Below are positions 1 to 7,725 of a DNA stretch of 64,000 nucleotides, piece after piece; positions within the stretch are counted from its first letter, which is position 1, and every line of letters begins with the position of its first letter. The stretch spans positions 896,001 to 960,000 of the forward strand of contig CAWHDR010000001.1 in NCBI GenBank assembly GCA_963828165.1, read 5' to 3'. The position numbers and the translations under genes are program-made. The notes under the pieces were generated by a model. That model was not told the DNA's origin and did no database searches. It worked only from the letters and a program-made list of their open reading frames with translations. The DNA is from an uncultured Chloroflexia bacterium (GTDB taxonomy: Bacteria > Chloroflexota > Limnocylindria > Limnocylindrales > CSP1-4).

Positions 1-13
1 GTAGCGACCCGTC

Positions 14-546
14 GTGGGCGCGCTCGAGTCCGGCAGCGTTGCACCTGCCGCTCGAGCGCGCCGGACGCCCCGGGATGAACGTGCGCGCCGAGCCTCCGTG
101 CTCGGCGCGTATCCGTACTGGTTCTATCTACCCGCCGCCATCATCTTCGGGATCATCTTCGTAGTCCCGACGGTCCTGGCGTTCTACTACAGCCTGACTC
201 GATGGACCCTGTTCGATGCCGAGTTCATCGGCCTCGACAACTTCGCCCTGTTCTTCCGTGAACCAGCTTTGACTAGCGGCCTGCGCAACACCATCGTCTA
301 CGCCGTCGTGACGAGTGGGCTCAAGGTCGTCCTGGGGCTGCTCCTGGCCGCCCTCCTGACCTCGAGCATGCGACTCCGGAACCTGCTCCGGTCGATCATC
401 TTCTTTCCCGTGCTGGTGAGCACCGTGGCTGTCGGCATCACCTTTGCAGTGCTGCTGCACCCGTCCGACGGCCTGATCAACATCGCGCTCGAGCAGGTCG
501 GCATCGACGGGCCGCAGTGGCTTGGCGACCCGGACCTCGCGCTGCT
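14..546 (+). pseudogene. Carbohydrate ABC transporter permease, 5' portion only (truncated)
   Basis: Typical permease text (PYWFYLPA...YYSLTRW...FIGLDNF...LRSIIFFPVLVS...WLGDP) stops at about LALLA, with no EAA loop or last TM helices. The frame stays open into pntA. Confidence 0.75.
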
Positions 547-682
547 AGCGCACCCGAACCGCAACCCCCGGGCTGTCGCAACCTTCCGTGCGCTCGCGGT
601 ATCCTGTCAGCCGACCCCAAGCGTCCCCCGCGGGCCTCCCCAGGCGTCCGCGGTCCGTCATCCCACGAATCAGGTGGTGCCC

Positions 683-1852
683 ATGAAGGTCGGTGTCGCC
701 AAGGAGACCGCGCCCGGAGAGCGGCGCGTCGCCCTGGTACCCGAAGCGCTCGGCAAGCTACAGGCGGCCGGGCTCGAGGTCCTCGTCGAAACCGGCGCCG
801 GCACCGGCGCCGCCATCCCCGACAGCGCATACACGGACGCAGGCGCGACCGTCGTCCCGACCGACGCCCTGTACCAGCAGGCAGACGTCGTTCTGCGGGT
901 TGCCAAGCCATCGGCGGCGGAGGTCAAGCAGTTGCGCAAGGGCCAGGCGGTCGTGGGCTTCCTCGCTCCGCTCATCGACCCGGCCACCGCGAAGGCGCTC
1001 GCGGAGCAGGGCGTGACCGCCATCAGCCTGGACGCGATTCCCCGCACTCTGTCCCGGGCGCAGACCATGGACGCCCTCAGCTCCCAGGCGAACGTCGGCG
1101 GCTACAAGGCGGTCCTCATCGCAGCCAACGCGTACGGCCGCTACTTCCCGCTGCTGACGACCGCCGCCGGTACGGCCAAGCCGGCCAACGTGCTGATCTT
1201 GGGGATCGGCGTGGCCGGCCTCCAGGCCATCGGGACGGCCAGGAGACTCGGCGCCGTCGTCAAGGCCTACGACGTCCGGCCAGAAACACGGGAGCAGGCC
1301 GAGAGCCTGGGCGCCCAGTTCGTGAAGCTCAAGACGACCATCGACGCCACCGGCACCGGAGGCTACGCCCGCGAACTGAGCGCCGAGGAGCGCGGAGCCC
1401 AGCAGGCCGAGCTGAACGAGGTCATCGGCACGATGGACATCGTGATCACGACCGCCCAGGTGCCGGGCCGCAAGCCGCCGGTCCTCGTCACGGCCGACGC
1501 AGTGGCCCGGATGAAGCCGGGCTCGGTCATCGTGGATATGGCCGCATCCGAGCTCGGTGGCAACTGTGAGCTGTCGAAGGCCGGCGAGACCGTCGAGACA
1601 CCCAACGCAGTCTCCATCATCGCCCCCGACAACCTGCCCGCCTCGATGCCGGCGGGGGCGTCCGCGTTCTACGCACGGAACATCTCGGCGCTGCTGCTCG
1701 GGATGGTCAAGGACGGCAACCTGAGCCTGGACTTCGAGGATGAGGTGACCAAGGCGACCGTCATCACCCAGGACGGCGCGGTCGTGTCCGACGCCGTGAA
1801 GAAGCTGCTCGAGCCCGCCCCGGCCGCCGCAGCCAGCGGAGGCCAGGCATGA
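683..1852 (+). CDS. pntA: NAD(P) transhydrogenase subunit alpha, part 1
   Basis: MKVGVAKETAPGERRVAL start, RAQTMDALSSQAN, GIGVAGLQAI Rossmann motif; probable true start ATG 683 inside the long ORF 14..1852. Confidence 0.93.
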   Translation: MKVGVAKETAPGERRVALVPEALGKLQAAGLEVLVETGAGTGAAIPDSAYTDAGATVVPTDALYQQADVVLRVAKPSAAEVKQLRKGQAVVGFLAPLIDPATAKALAEQGVTAISLDAIPRTLSRAQTMDALSSQANVGGYKAVLIAANAYGRYFPLLTTAAGTAKPANVLILGIGVAGLQAIGTARRLGAVVKAYDVRPETREQAESLGAQFVKLKTTIDATGTGGYARELSAEERGAQQAELNEVIGTMDIVITTAQVPGRKPPVLVTADAVARMKPGSVIVDMAASELGGNCELSKAGETVETPNAVSIIAPDNLPASMPAGASAFYARNISALLLGMVKDGNLSLDFEDEVTKATVITQDGAVVSDAVKKLLEPAPAAAASGGQA

Positions 1853-2181
1853 CCCCCGAAGAGATCGATGGCCTGATCCAGGCCCTCACCGTCTTCACGC
1901 TCGCGATCCTCGTCGGGATCGCGGTGATCAGCAAGGTCCCAGCGACCCTGCACACGCCGTTGATGTCGGGTGCCAACTCCATCCACGGGATCGTCCTGGT
2001 CGGGGCGATGCTCATCGCGCTCGAGGCAACCGAGCCGGTCAGCCAGCTGCTGTCGCTGGTGGCCGTGGCCTTCGCGACGATGAACGTCGTGGGCGGCTAT
2101 GTCGTGACCGATCGGATGCTCCAGATGTTCCGCAAGAGGCCGACCGCGCCCGTGGCGCCGGCGCCCGAGTCCGAGGCCTAG
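1849..2181 (+). CDS. NAD(P) transhydrogenase subunit alpha, part 2 (membrane)
   Basis: LHTPLMSGANSIHGI and NVVGGYVVTDRML motifs; ATGA overlap with pntA. Confidence 0.93.
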   Translation: MTPEEIDGLIQALTVFTLAILVGIAVISKVPATLHTPLMSGANSIHGIVLVGAMLIALEATEPVSQLLSLVAVAFATMNVVGGYVVTDRMLQMFRKRPTAPVAPAPESEA

Positions 2182-2184
2182 CCC

Positions 2185-3615
2185 GTGACCACGCTCGAGA
2201 TCGTCGAGATCCTGGTCCGGATCGCGTGGCTCCTGGGAGCCGTGGCGTTCGTCATCGGCCTGTCGCGGATGAACTCGCCGGCGACGGCTCGCAACGGCAA
2301 TCTCGTGTCGGCTGCGGGGATGACGCTGGCCATCGTGGCGACGGCCGTCCTCATCCTCACGCGGCAGCTGTCCGAGGAGGGCGTCTCCGCCGTCGTCTGG
2401 GTGATCATCGTGCTCGGCATCGTGCTCGGTGGCGGTCTCGGGCTGTATACGGCCCGGACCGTGAAGATGACCGCGATGCCCCAGCTGGTGTCATTGTTCA
2501 ACGCGGTCGGCGGCGGGGCGGCGGCGCTCATCGCGATCGACGACTACCTGCGCCTCGTCGGCGGCGAAGCCGTGCGCATCGACCTCCACATCTTCATCGT
2601 CCTCGACATCATCATCGGCTCGATCACGTTCACCGGCTCGATCATCGCGTCGGGCAAGCTCCAGGGCCTGATCCCGGGCAAGCCGATCATCGTGCCGGGC
2701 GGCCAGCTCGTGACCCTCGCGCTCGCCGGGATCACGCTGATCGCCTCAATGTTCCTGTTCATCACCGGCACGCCGAATCTCGCGCTGATGCTGGTCATCC
2801 TGGCCGCGGCCCTGGTCTTCGGCGTGACGATGACGCTCCCGATCGGCGGCGCGGACATGCCCGTCGTCATCTCGTTGCTGAACTCGTTCACCGGCACGGC
2901 CGTCGCGATGGCGGGCTTCGTGATCAACAACCCGGTCCTGATCATCGCGGGTGCCCTCGTCGGGGCGTCCGGCGCGATCCTGACCAAGCTCATGGCGGAC
3001 GCGATGAATCGGTCGGTCATGAACATCATGATCGGCGGGTTCGGTGGCGGCGACGATGCGACCGGTGCCGCCGATGGGCCCGGCGGGTCCGTGCGATCGA
3101 TCGGGGCGGACGACGTCGCGATCCAGCTGGCCTACGCCCAGCACGTCATCGTGGTCCCGGGCTACGGGCTTGCGGTCGCCCAGGCACAGCACGCGGTGCG
3201 CGAGCTCGCCGAGCTCCTCGAGGAGCGGGGTGTCGACGTCAAGTACGCCATCCATCCCGTGGCGGGCCGGATGCCGGGACACATGAACGTGCTCCTCGCC
3301 GAGGCCAACGTCCCCTATCCGCAGCTCAAGGAGATGGAGGACATCAACCCGGAGTTCGCGCGGGCCGACGTGGCGCTCGTCATCGGGGCCAATGACGTCA
3401 CGAACCCGGCAGCTCGACGGCCCGGCTCGCCCGTGTCCGGCATGCCCATCCTCGACGTCGACCAGGCGAAGTCGATCGTGGTGATCAAGCGCTCGATGGG
3501 CAAGGGCTACGCCGGCATCGACAACGAGCTGTACACGAACGAGAAGACCGGCATGCTGTTTGCCGACGCAAAGGACGGCCTGGCGGCGCTGACCGCGGCG
3601 GTCAAGGCGCTCTAG
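2185..3615 (+). CDS. pntB: NAD(P) transhydrogenase subunit beta
   Basis: GGADMPVVISLLNS, VPGYGLAVAQAQ, HPVAGRMPGHMNVLLAEA, GANDVTNPAA. Confidence 0.96.
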   Translation: MTTLEIVEILVRIAWLLGAVAFVIGLSRMNSPATARNGNLVSAAGMTLAIVATAVLILTRQLSEEGVSAVVWVIIVLGIVLGGGLGLYTARTVKMTAMPQLVSLFNAVGGGAAALIAIDDYLRLVGGEAVRIDLHIFIVLDIIIGSITFTGSIIASGKLQGLIPGKPIIVPGGQLVTLALAGITLIASMFLFITGTPNLALMLVILAAALVFGVTMTLPIGGADMPVVISLLNSFTGTAVAMAGFVINNPVLIIAGALVGASGAILTKLMADAMNRSVMNIMIGGFGGGDDATGAADGPGGSVRSIGADDVAIQLAYAQHVIVVPGYGLAVAQAQHAVRELAELLEERGVDVKYAIHPVAGRMPGHMNVLLAEANVPYPQLKEMEDINPEFARADVALVIGANDVTNPAARRPGSPVSGMPILDVDQAKSIVVIKRSMGKGYAGIDNELYTNEKTGMLFADAKDGLAALTAAVKAL

Positions 3616-3621
3616 CGGGCG

Positions 3622-4746
3622 TCAGCTCGCGGCCGCGCTCGCTTCTGCCCGAGCGACCGAGCGGGCGTCACCCATCTGGAGCGGAGCCAGCGTTCCCAGC
3701 GACTCGGCGACCACGACGGCGTCGTCGCCAGGCTCCAGGACGAAGTCGGCGCCCGGGTTCACGAACGTATGTCCGCCGCGGTTGACGGACAGCAGCGTCG
3801 CCCGGTGCTCCGTCCGGAGGCGACCGGCGACGGCGTCGATCGACAGCCCGAGGTAGTCGTCCGGCAGCGTGATCCGGTATAGCTCCGAGCCCTCGCCGCC
3901 GGACACGATGTCCGTGACGATCCCGGTCAGCCCCGGATACAACGCCGAGCGCGCCAGCAGGCGCGCTGCGACCTTGGACGTCACCAGCAGCTCGTCGATG
4001 CCGGCCCGCCGAAAGTGCGCCTCGTGACGGGGGTTGTTGACCTCGGCCACCGTTCGAACGCCAGGTGCGACGTGCTCGATGGCCATGATCGTGAGGATCG
4101 ATCGCATGTCCGCGCCATCGGTGCCGTCGTCCGGGAAGACGAGGGCGGCCGAGGCATCGCGCAGGTCGGCCCGGTCGAGATCCGCTTCGTCTGTCGCATC
4201 GCCGCGCACGAAATAGACGCCGTCACCGGCCGGGTTCTTCTCGACGTCGGCGATGACCACGACCTTGAGCTGGAAGTCGTCGCCACGAAGCTCCGCGATC
4301 AGATCCCGTGCCGTGGAGTTCCAGCCGCACACGACGATGTGGCCCTTGTACCCCGATGCACCCAAGCCCTGGCCCTCCTTCAGCAGGAAATCGATGACCA
4401 TCGCGACGAGGGCGCCCGTGATCATGCCGAGCATGGCGACCCCGAACAGGATCAGCAACCACCCGACGATGCGGCCGGCAGTCGACGTCACGAACGCCGA
4501 GTCTCCCTGACCGAGGACCGTCGCGATCCCCCAGTTGAACGAGTCGAAGACCGACTCGAACGTCCATGGTTTCTCGAACAGGGTGATCAGGAGCGCAGCA
4601 ATGAGCACCACCCCGACGATGCCCTGGGCGAGCGTCAGGAAGAAGCGCCGGTCCACCTGGCCACCGACCCGCCGCACGTGCCACGCCACGCGCCGGATGA
4701 TCGGCGAGACGAGGAGTGGCAGGGCCAGGTGGGGACGACGAAGCAT
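3622..4746 (-). CDS. Ion-channel protein with two TM helices, pore loop and RCK (TrkA_N/TrkA_C) domains
   Basis: TM helices around FNWGIATVLGQGD; HIVVCGWNS and GDAT...L..A RCK motifs; probable start ATG 4746. Confidence 0.85.
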   Translation of the reverse strand: MLRRPHLALPLLVSPIIRRVAWHVRRVGGQVDRRFFLTLAQGIVGVVLIAALLITLFEKPWTFESVFDSFNWGIATVLGQGDSAFVTSTAGRIVGWLLILFGVAMLGMITGALVAMVIDFLLKEGQGLGASGYKGHIVVCGWNSTARDLIAELRGDDFQLKVVVIADVEKNPAGDGVYFVRGDATDEADLDRADLRDASAALVFPDDGTDGADMRSILTIMAIEHVAPGVRTVAEVNNPRHEAHFRRAGIDELLVTSKVAARLLARSALYPGLTGIVTDIVSGGEGSELYRITLPDDYLGLSIDAVAGRLRTEHRATLLSVNRGGHTFVNPGADFVLEPGDDAVVVAESLGTLAPLQMGDARSVARAEASAAAS

Positions 4747-4796
4747 CGCGGGCGATGATGCCAGAGCCTCGTCGTGATTTTCGCCCTTCCCGACGA

Positions 4797-5480
4797 CTAC
4801 TCCGGTCGGTGATCGACGTCGTCGAGGGTGATCCAGTCGAGCGCGCCCAGCTCTGTGCTGAGTCCGGCTCCGTCGATCCCGACCGGCAGGCGAAGGGCGA
4901 GGTCGATCGCGTGACGGCCCTCGTCGTCCCGCTCGCTGTCGAGGCGCACCACCTCGACCTCGCGCTCGGCCAGCCAGTCGAGCAGGTCGGCCAACCGGCT
5001 TCCCTCGCGCAGCAGGACCCGGACGTGCAGGCGGCTCGGCGTGGCGACGACGAGGCGCTCGCTCAGCATGCGCAGGGGCCACAGCGAGACGACCACGATG
5101 ACGGTCGCCGAGACCCCGAGCACGGGCAACCCTGCGCCTGCGGCCATGCCGATCCCCGCTGCGGCCCAGAGGCTGGCCGCAGTCGTCAGGCCGCGCACCG
5201 TCGGGCCATATTTGAGAATGGCGCCCGCGCCCAGGAAGCCGATGCCGGTCACGATCTGGGCCGCCACGCGTGACGGGTCGGTCGCGCTGCCGTCCGCGGA
5301 CGGGAACCCCACGATCGACAGCACGGTGAACAGCGCGGACCCGAGCGCGACCAGGAGATGCGTCCGGATCCCCGCGGGATGATCGTGGATCTCGCGCTCG
5401 ATCCCGATGACCGCGCCAAGGATCGCCGCGATCAGCAGCCGCCCGACGAGATCCAGTTCGGTGGCGAGATCGAACACCAT
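4797..5480 (-). CDS. MgtC/SapB family membrane protein
   Basis: IGIERE...AGIRTH, DPSRVAAQIVTGIGFLGAG, GLTTAASLW. Confidence 0.92.
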   Translation of the reverse strand: MVFDLATELDLVGRLLIAAILGAVIGIEREIHDHPAGIRTHLLVALGSALFTVLSIVGFPSADGSATDPSRVAAQIVTGIGFLGAGAILKYGPTVRGLTTAASLWAAAGIGMAAGAGLPVLGVSATVIVVVSLWPLRMLSERLVVATPSRLHVRVLLREGSRLADLLDWLAEREVEVVRLDSERDDEGRHAIDLALRLPVGIDGAGLSTELGALDWITLDDVDHRPE

Positions 5481-5488
5481 GGGATCGT

Positions 5489-6001
5489 CTATGACCCGGG
5501 GTCCGGCGTGGAGACCTCGACGACGTCGGCGGAGAGATGCTGGACGAGATCGGCCGGCGTCAGGTGCAGGTTGACCCCGAAACCCCCGCCGCCCACGGAT
5601 ACCCGCTCGAACTCCAGGGCCGACGCGTCGAGGATCACCGGCCAAGCCCGGCTCGAGCCGAACGGCGTGATCGTGTAGCGCTCGTAGCCCGTGGCAGCGC
5701 GCGCCTCCTCGGCGTCCGGGAGGGTCAGCCGACGCACCCCCAGGTGCGCTCTCAGCCTGGGCCAGTCGAAACGACGGCCGGCCGGCACCAGGACGAAGAG
5801 GTAGTCGTCGTCGCCACGACGGACGACGATCGTCCGGAGCAGGGCACCCAGCGGGATACCCTGGAGCGTCGCGGCCTCCTCGGCGCTCCCCGCGCGCTGG
5901 GTACGAACGATCTCGTGGGGCAGGCCGGCCGCGTGGACCGCGGCGATGGCCGGAGTGGCCGGAGTGGCAGGAGTGGCCGGCGTCACCGGTTCGTCCGCCA
6001 T
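5489..6001 (-). CDS. YbaK/EbsC/ProX family aminoacyl-tRNA deacylase
   Basis: SAEEAA...LLRTIVV, ATGYERYTITPFG, VSVGGG; N-terminal PAT triplet repeat. Confidence 0.85.
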   Translation of the reverse strand: MADEPVTPATPATPATPAIAAVHAAGLPHEIVRTQRAGSAEEAATLQGIPLGALLRTIVVRRGDDDYLFVLVPAGRRFDWPRLRAHLGVRRLTLPDAEEARAATGYERYTITPFGSSRAWPVILDASALEFERVSVGGGGFGVNLHLTPADLVQHLSADVVEVSTPDPGS

Positions 6002-6759
6002 CAGGCGTCGGCGATCGGGTCGACGAGCTCGATCCGGATGCGCTTGTTGATCCGCCCCTTCGACTCGTAGCCGGTGACCCGGATCCCGCCGACCTCGCTC
6101 GTGTTCGCCACGTGGGTGCCGCCGTCGGCCTGCAGGTCGAGCCCGACGATCTCGATGGTACGGATCTCCTGGATGCCCTCGGGCAGCAGGTTGATCTTCG
6201 TGCGGATGAGGTCCGGGATGGCGAACGCCTCGTCCCGAGGCAGAAGATCCACGCGCACCTCGCGGGAGGCGGCAAGCTCGGCGTTAACGGCCGCCTCGAT
6301 CGAATCGACGAGATCGCCGCTCATGGTCTCGAATTCGAAGTCCATGCGTCCGGAGCCTGGCTCCATGTTGCCGCCCGTTACCAGTGCGCCGTGGTCGCGC
6401 CAGACGACCCCGCACAGGGCGTGGAGCGCGGTGTGGGTCCGCATCAGGGCGAAGCGGCGAGCCCAGTCGATGTCGACACGGAGCTCGTCGCCGACCGCGG
6501 GTGGCTCGACCTCGCCCGGCTCGATCTCGTGGACGATCTCGCCACCGGCCTTCCGCGCGCTGCGGACCGTCCACGAGCGCTTGTCGGCGGCGCGGACCAC
6601 GACGCCCCGATCGGACGGCTGGCCGCCACCGCCCGGGTAGAAGACGGTGCGATCGAGGACCAGGAGCGGGGCCTCGCCCGGCTCGACGTGGCGGACCCGC
6701 GCCACGGCCGATCGAGCATAGGCGTCGGTGTAGCAGAGCTGTTCACCGCTCTGGGTCAT
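6001..6759 (-). CDS. AlaX-type alanyl-tRNA editing protein
   Basis: LDRTVFYPGGGGQPSDRG, MRTHTALH, DGGTHV; start ATG 6759. Confidence 0.92.
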   Translation of the reverse strand: MTQSGEQLCYTDAYARSAVARVRHVEPGEAPLLVLDRTVFYPGGGGQPSDRGVVVRAADKRSWTVRSARKAGGEIVHEIEPGEVEPPAVGDELRVDIDWARRFALMRTHTALHALCGVVWRDHGALVTGGNMEPGSGRMDFEFETMSGDLVDSIEAAVNAELAASREVRVDLLPRDEAFAIPDLIRTKINLLPEGIQEIRTIEIVGLDLQADGGTHVANTSEVGGIRVTGYESKGRINKRIRIELVDPIADA

Positions 6760-6772
6760 GATCGCGGGGCGA

Positions 6773-7303
6773 TCATTGCGCCGTGAGCGTGCCGACCATG
6801 TTCGGGTGGACCGTGCAGACGAACTGATAGCTGCCGGCCGGCAGCGTCGGGACGTCGTAGGTCCGCGTCGCGACCCCGGTAAAGACCTCGCCCCGGAAGA
6901 CGCTGGTCCCGCCCGCATCCTTGATCTCGACGTTGTGGGGAAGCGCCTCGTTGTTGGCGAACGCGATCTGGAAAGATCCGTCGGCAGGGACGCTGAGCTC
7001 GGTCGGGTCGAACGCGATGTTCTGGGCGGACAGCTGGACGACCGTGCCCGCGGCGGACGCACTGGGTCCGGGACTCCCGCTTGGGGCAGCGGAGGCGGGG
7101 GCGCTGGGCGCGGCCGATGCGGACGGCGCGGCCGATGCGGACGGCGCGACCGAGGCGGACGGCGCCACCGACGCGCTCGGGTCGGCCGAGGGCACGGGCG
7201 TCGCCGACGGGGCCGGCGCATACGTCCAGCCGGGCGTGGACGACGTGCATGCGGCGACCGCCAGGACGGTGAGGCCGGCGGCGAGCAACAGCTTCGATCG
7301 CAT
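6773..7303 (-). CDS. Cupredoxin-domain lipoprotein with Ser/Ala/Pro linker
   Basis: Lipobox VAAC, SAAP repeats, PHNVEI...YQFVCTVHPNMVG (His, Cys, His, Met type-1 Cu ligands). Confidence 0.88.
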   Translation of the reverse strand: MRSKLLLAAGLTVLAVAACTSSTPGWTYAPAPSATPVPSADPSASVAPSASVAPSASAAPSASAAPSAPASAAPSGSPGPSASAAGTVVQLSAQNIAFDPTELSVPADGSFQIAFANNEALPHNVEIKDAGGTSVFRGEVFTGVATRTYDVPTLPAGSYQFVCTVHPNMVGTLTAQ

Positions 7304-7449
7304 GAGCGGATGGGACCTCGAGATGGGCGGAGGGGGCCGCGGATGGACGTTCTGCGCGAATCTACCGCGTCCGCGCCGTCTCCACGTGTCGGGCCGACGA
7401 TGAGGTGGTGGCGCCGGCGTGTGCGGTGGAGTGGAGAAAGGGCCGCTCA

Positions 7450-7713
7450 GCGTCATGCACGAGACGCATCCGGCGGGAGGTACGAAGGTCCGGGTTGCAC
7501 CGGGACCATCGCACAGGATAGCCTCCGGGTCCCCTGCGGGGAATCGGACAGGGGTAAGGCACTCGCACAGCGGCCGGCCGCCGCTCGAACCAAAGCCCGC
7601 TGGAACCCGCGTTCCATGAGCACGGCCCCTGACATCGCTATTCGCTCACCGGACATTGCTGGTCGGTGACGTCCTCATTGAGACTCGGAGACCTCCCTCC
7701 GAGTCTCTTCTTT
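7450..7713 (+). ncRNA. Candidate structured non-coding RNA (6S/Ms1-like size, unassigned)
   Basis: About 420-bp gap between two minus-strand genes with several hairpins and nested long-range pairings, ending at a terminator whose T-tract is on the + strand. Confidence 0.45.
7680..7713 (+). terminator. Intrinsic terminator
   Basis: GAGACTCGGAG-acctcc-CTCCGAGTCTC (11-bp perfect stem) followed by TTCTTT. Confidence 0.75.
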
Positions 7714-7725
7714 ATGTGGCATCCG

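Noticed and set aside
14-1852. 612-aa permease-transhydrogenase fusion
   Set aside because: The linker is promoter-like DNA, the permease is incomplete and pntA has its own canonical start at 683.
7480-7560. c-di-AMP (ydaO) riboswitch or RNase P RNA
   Set aside because: Only short partial resemblances; the conserved core motifs of both are missing.
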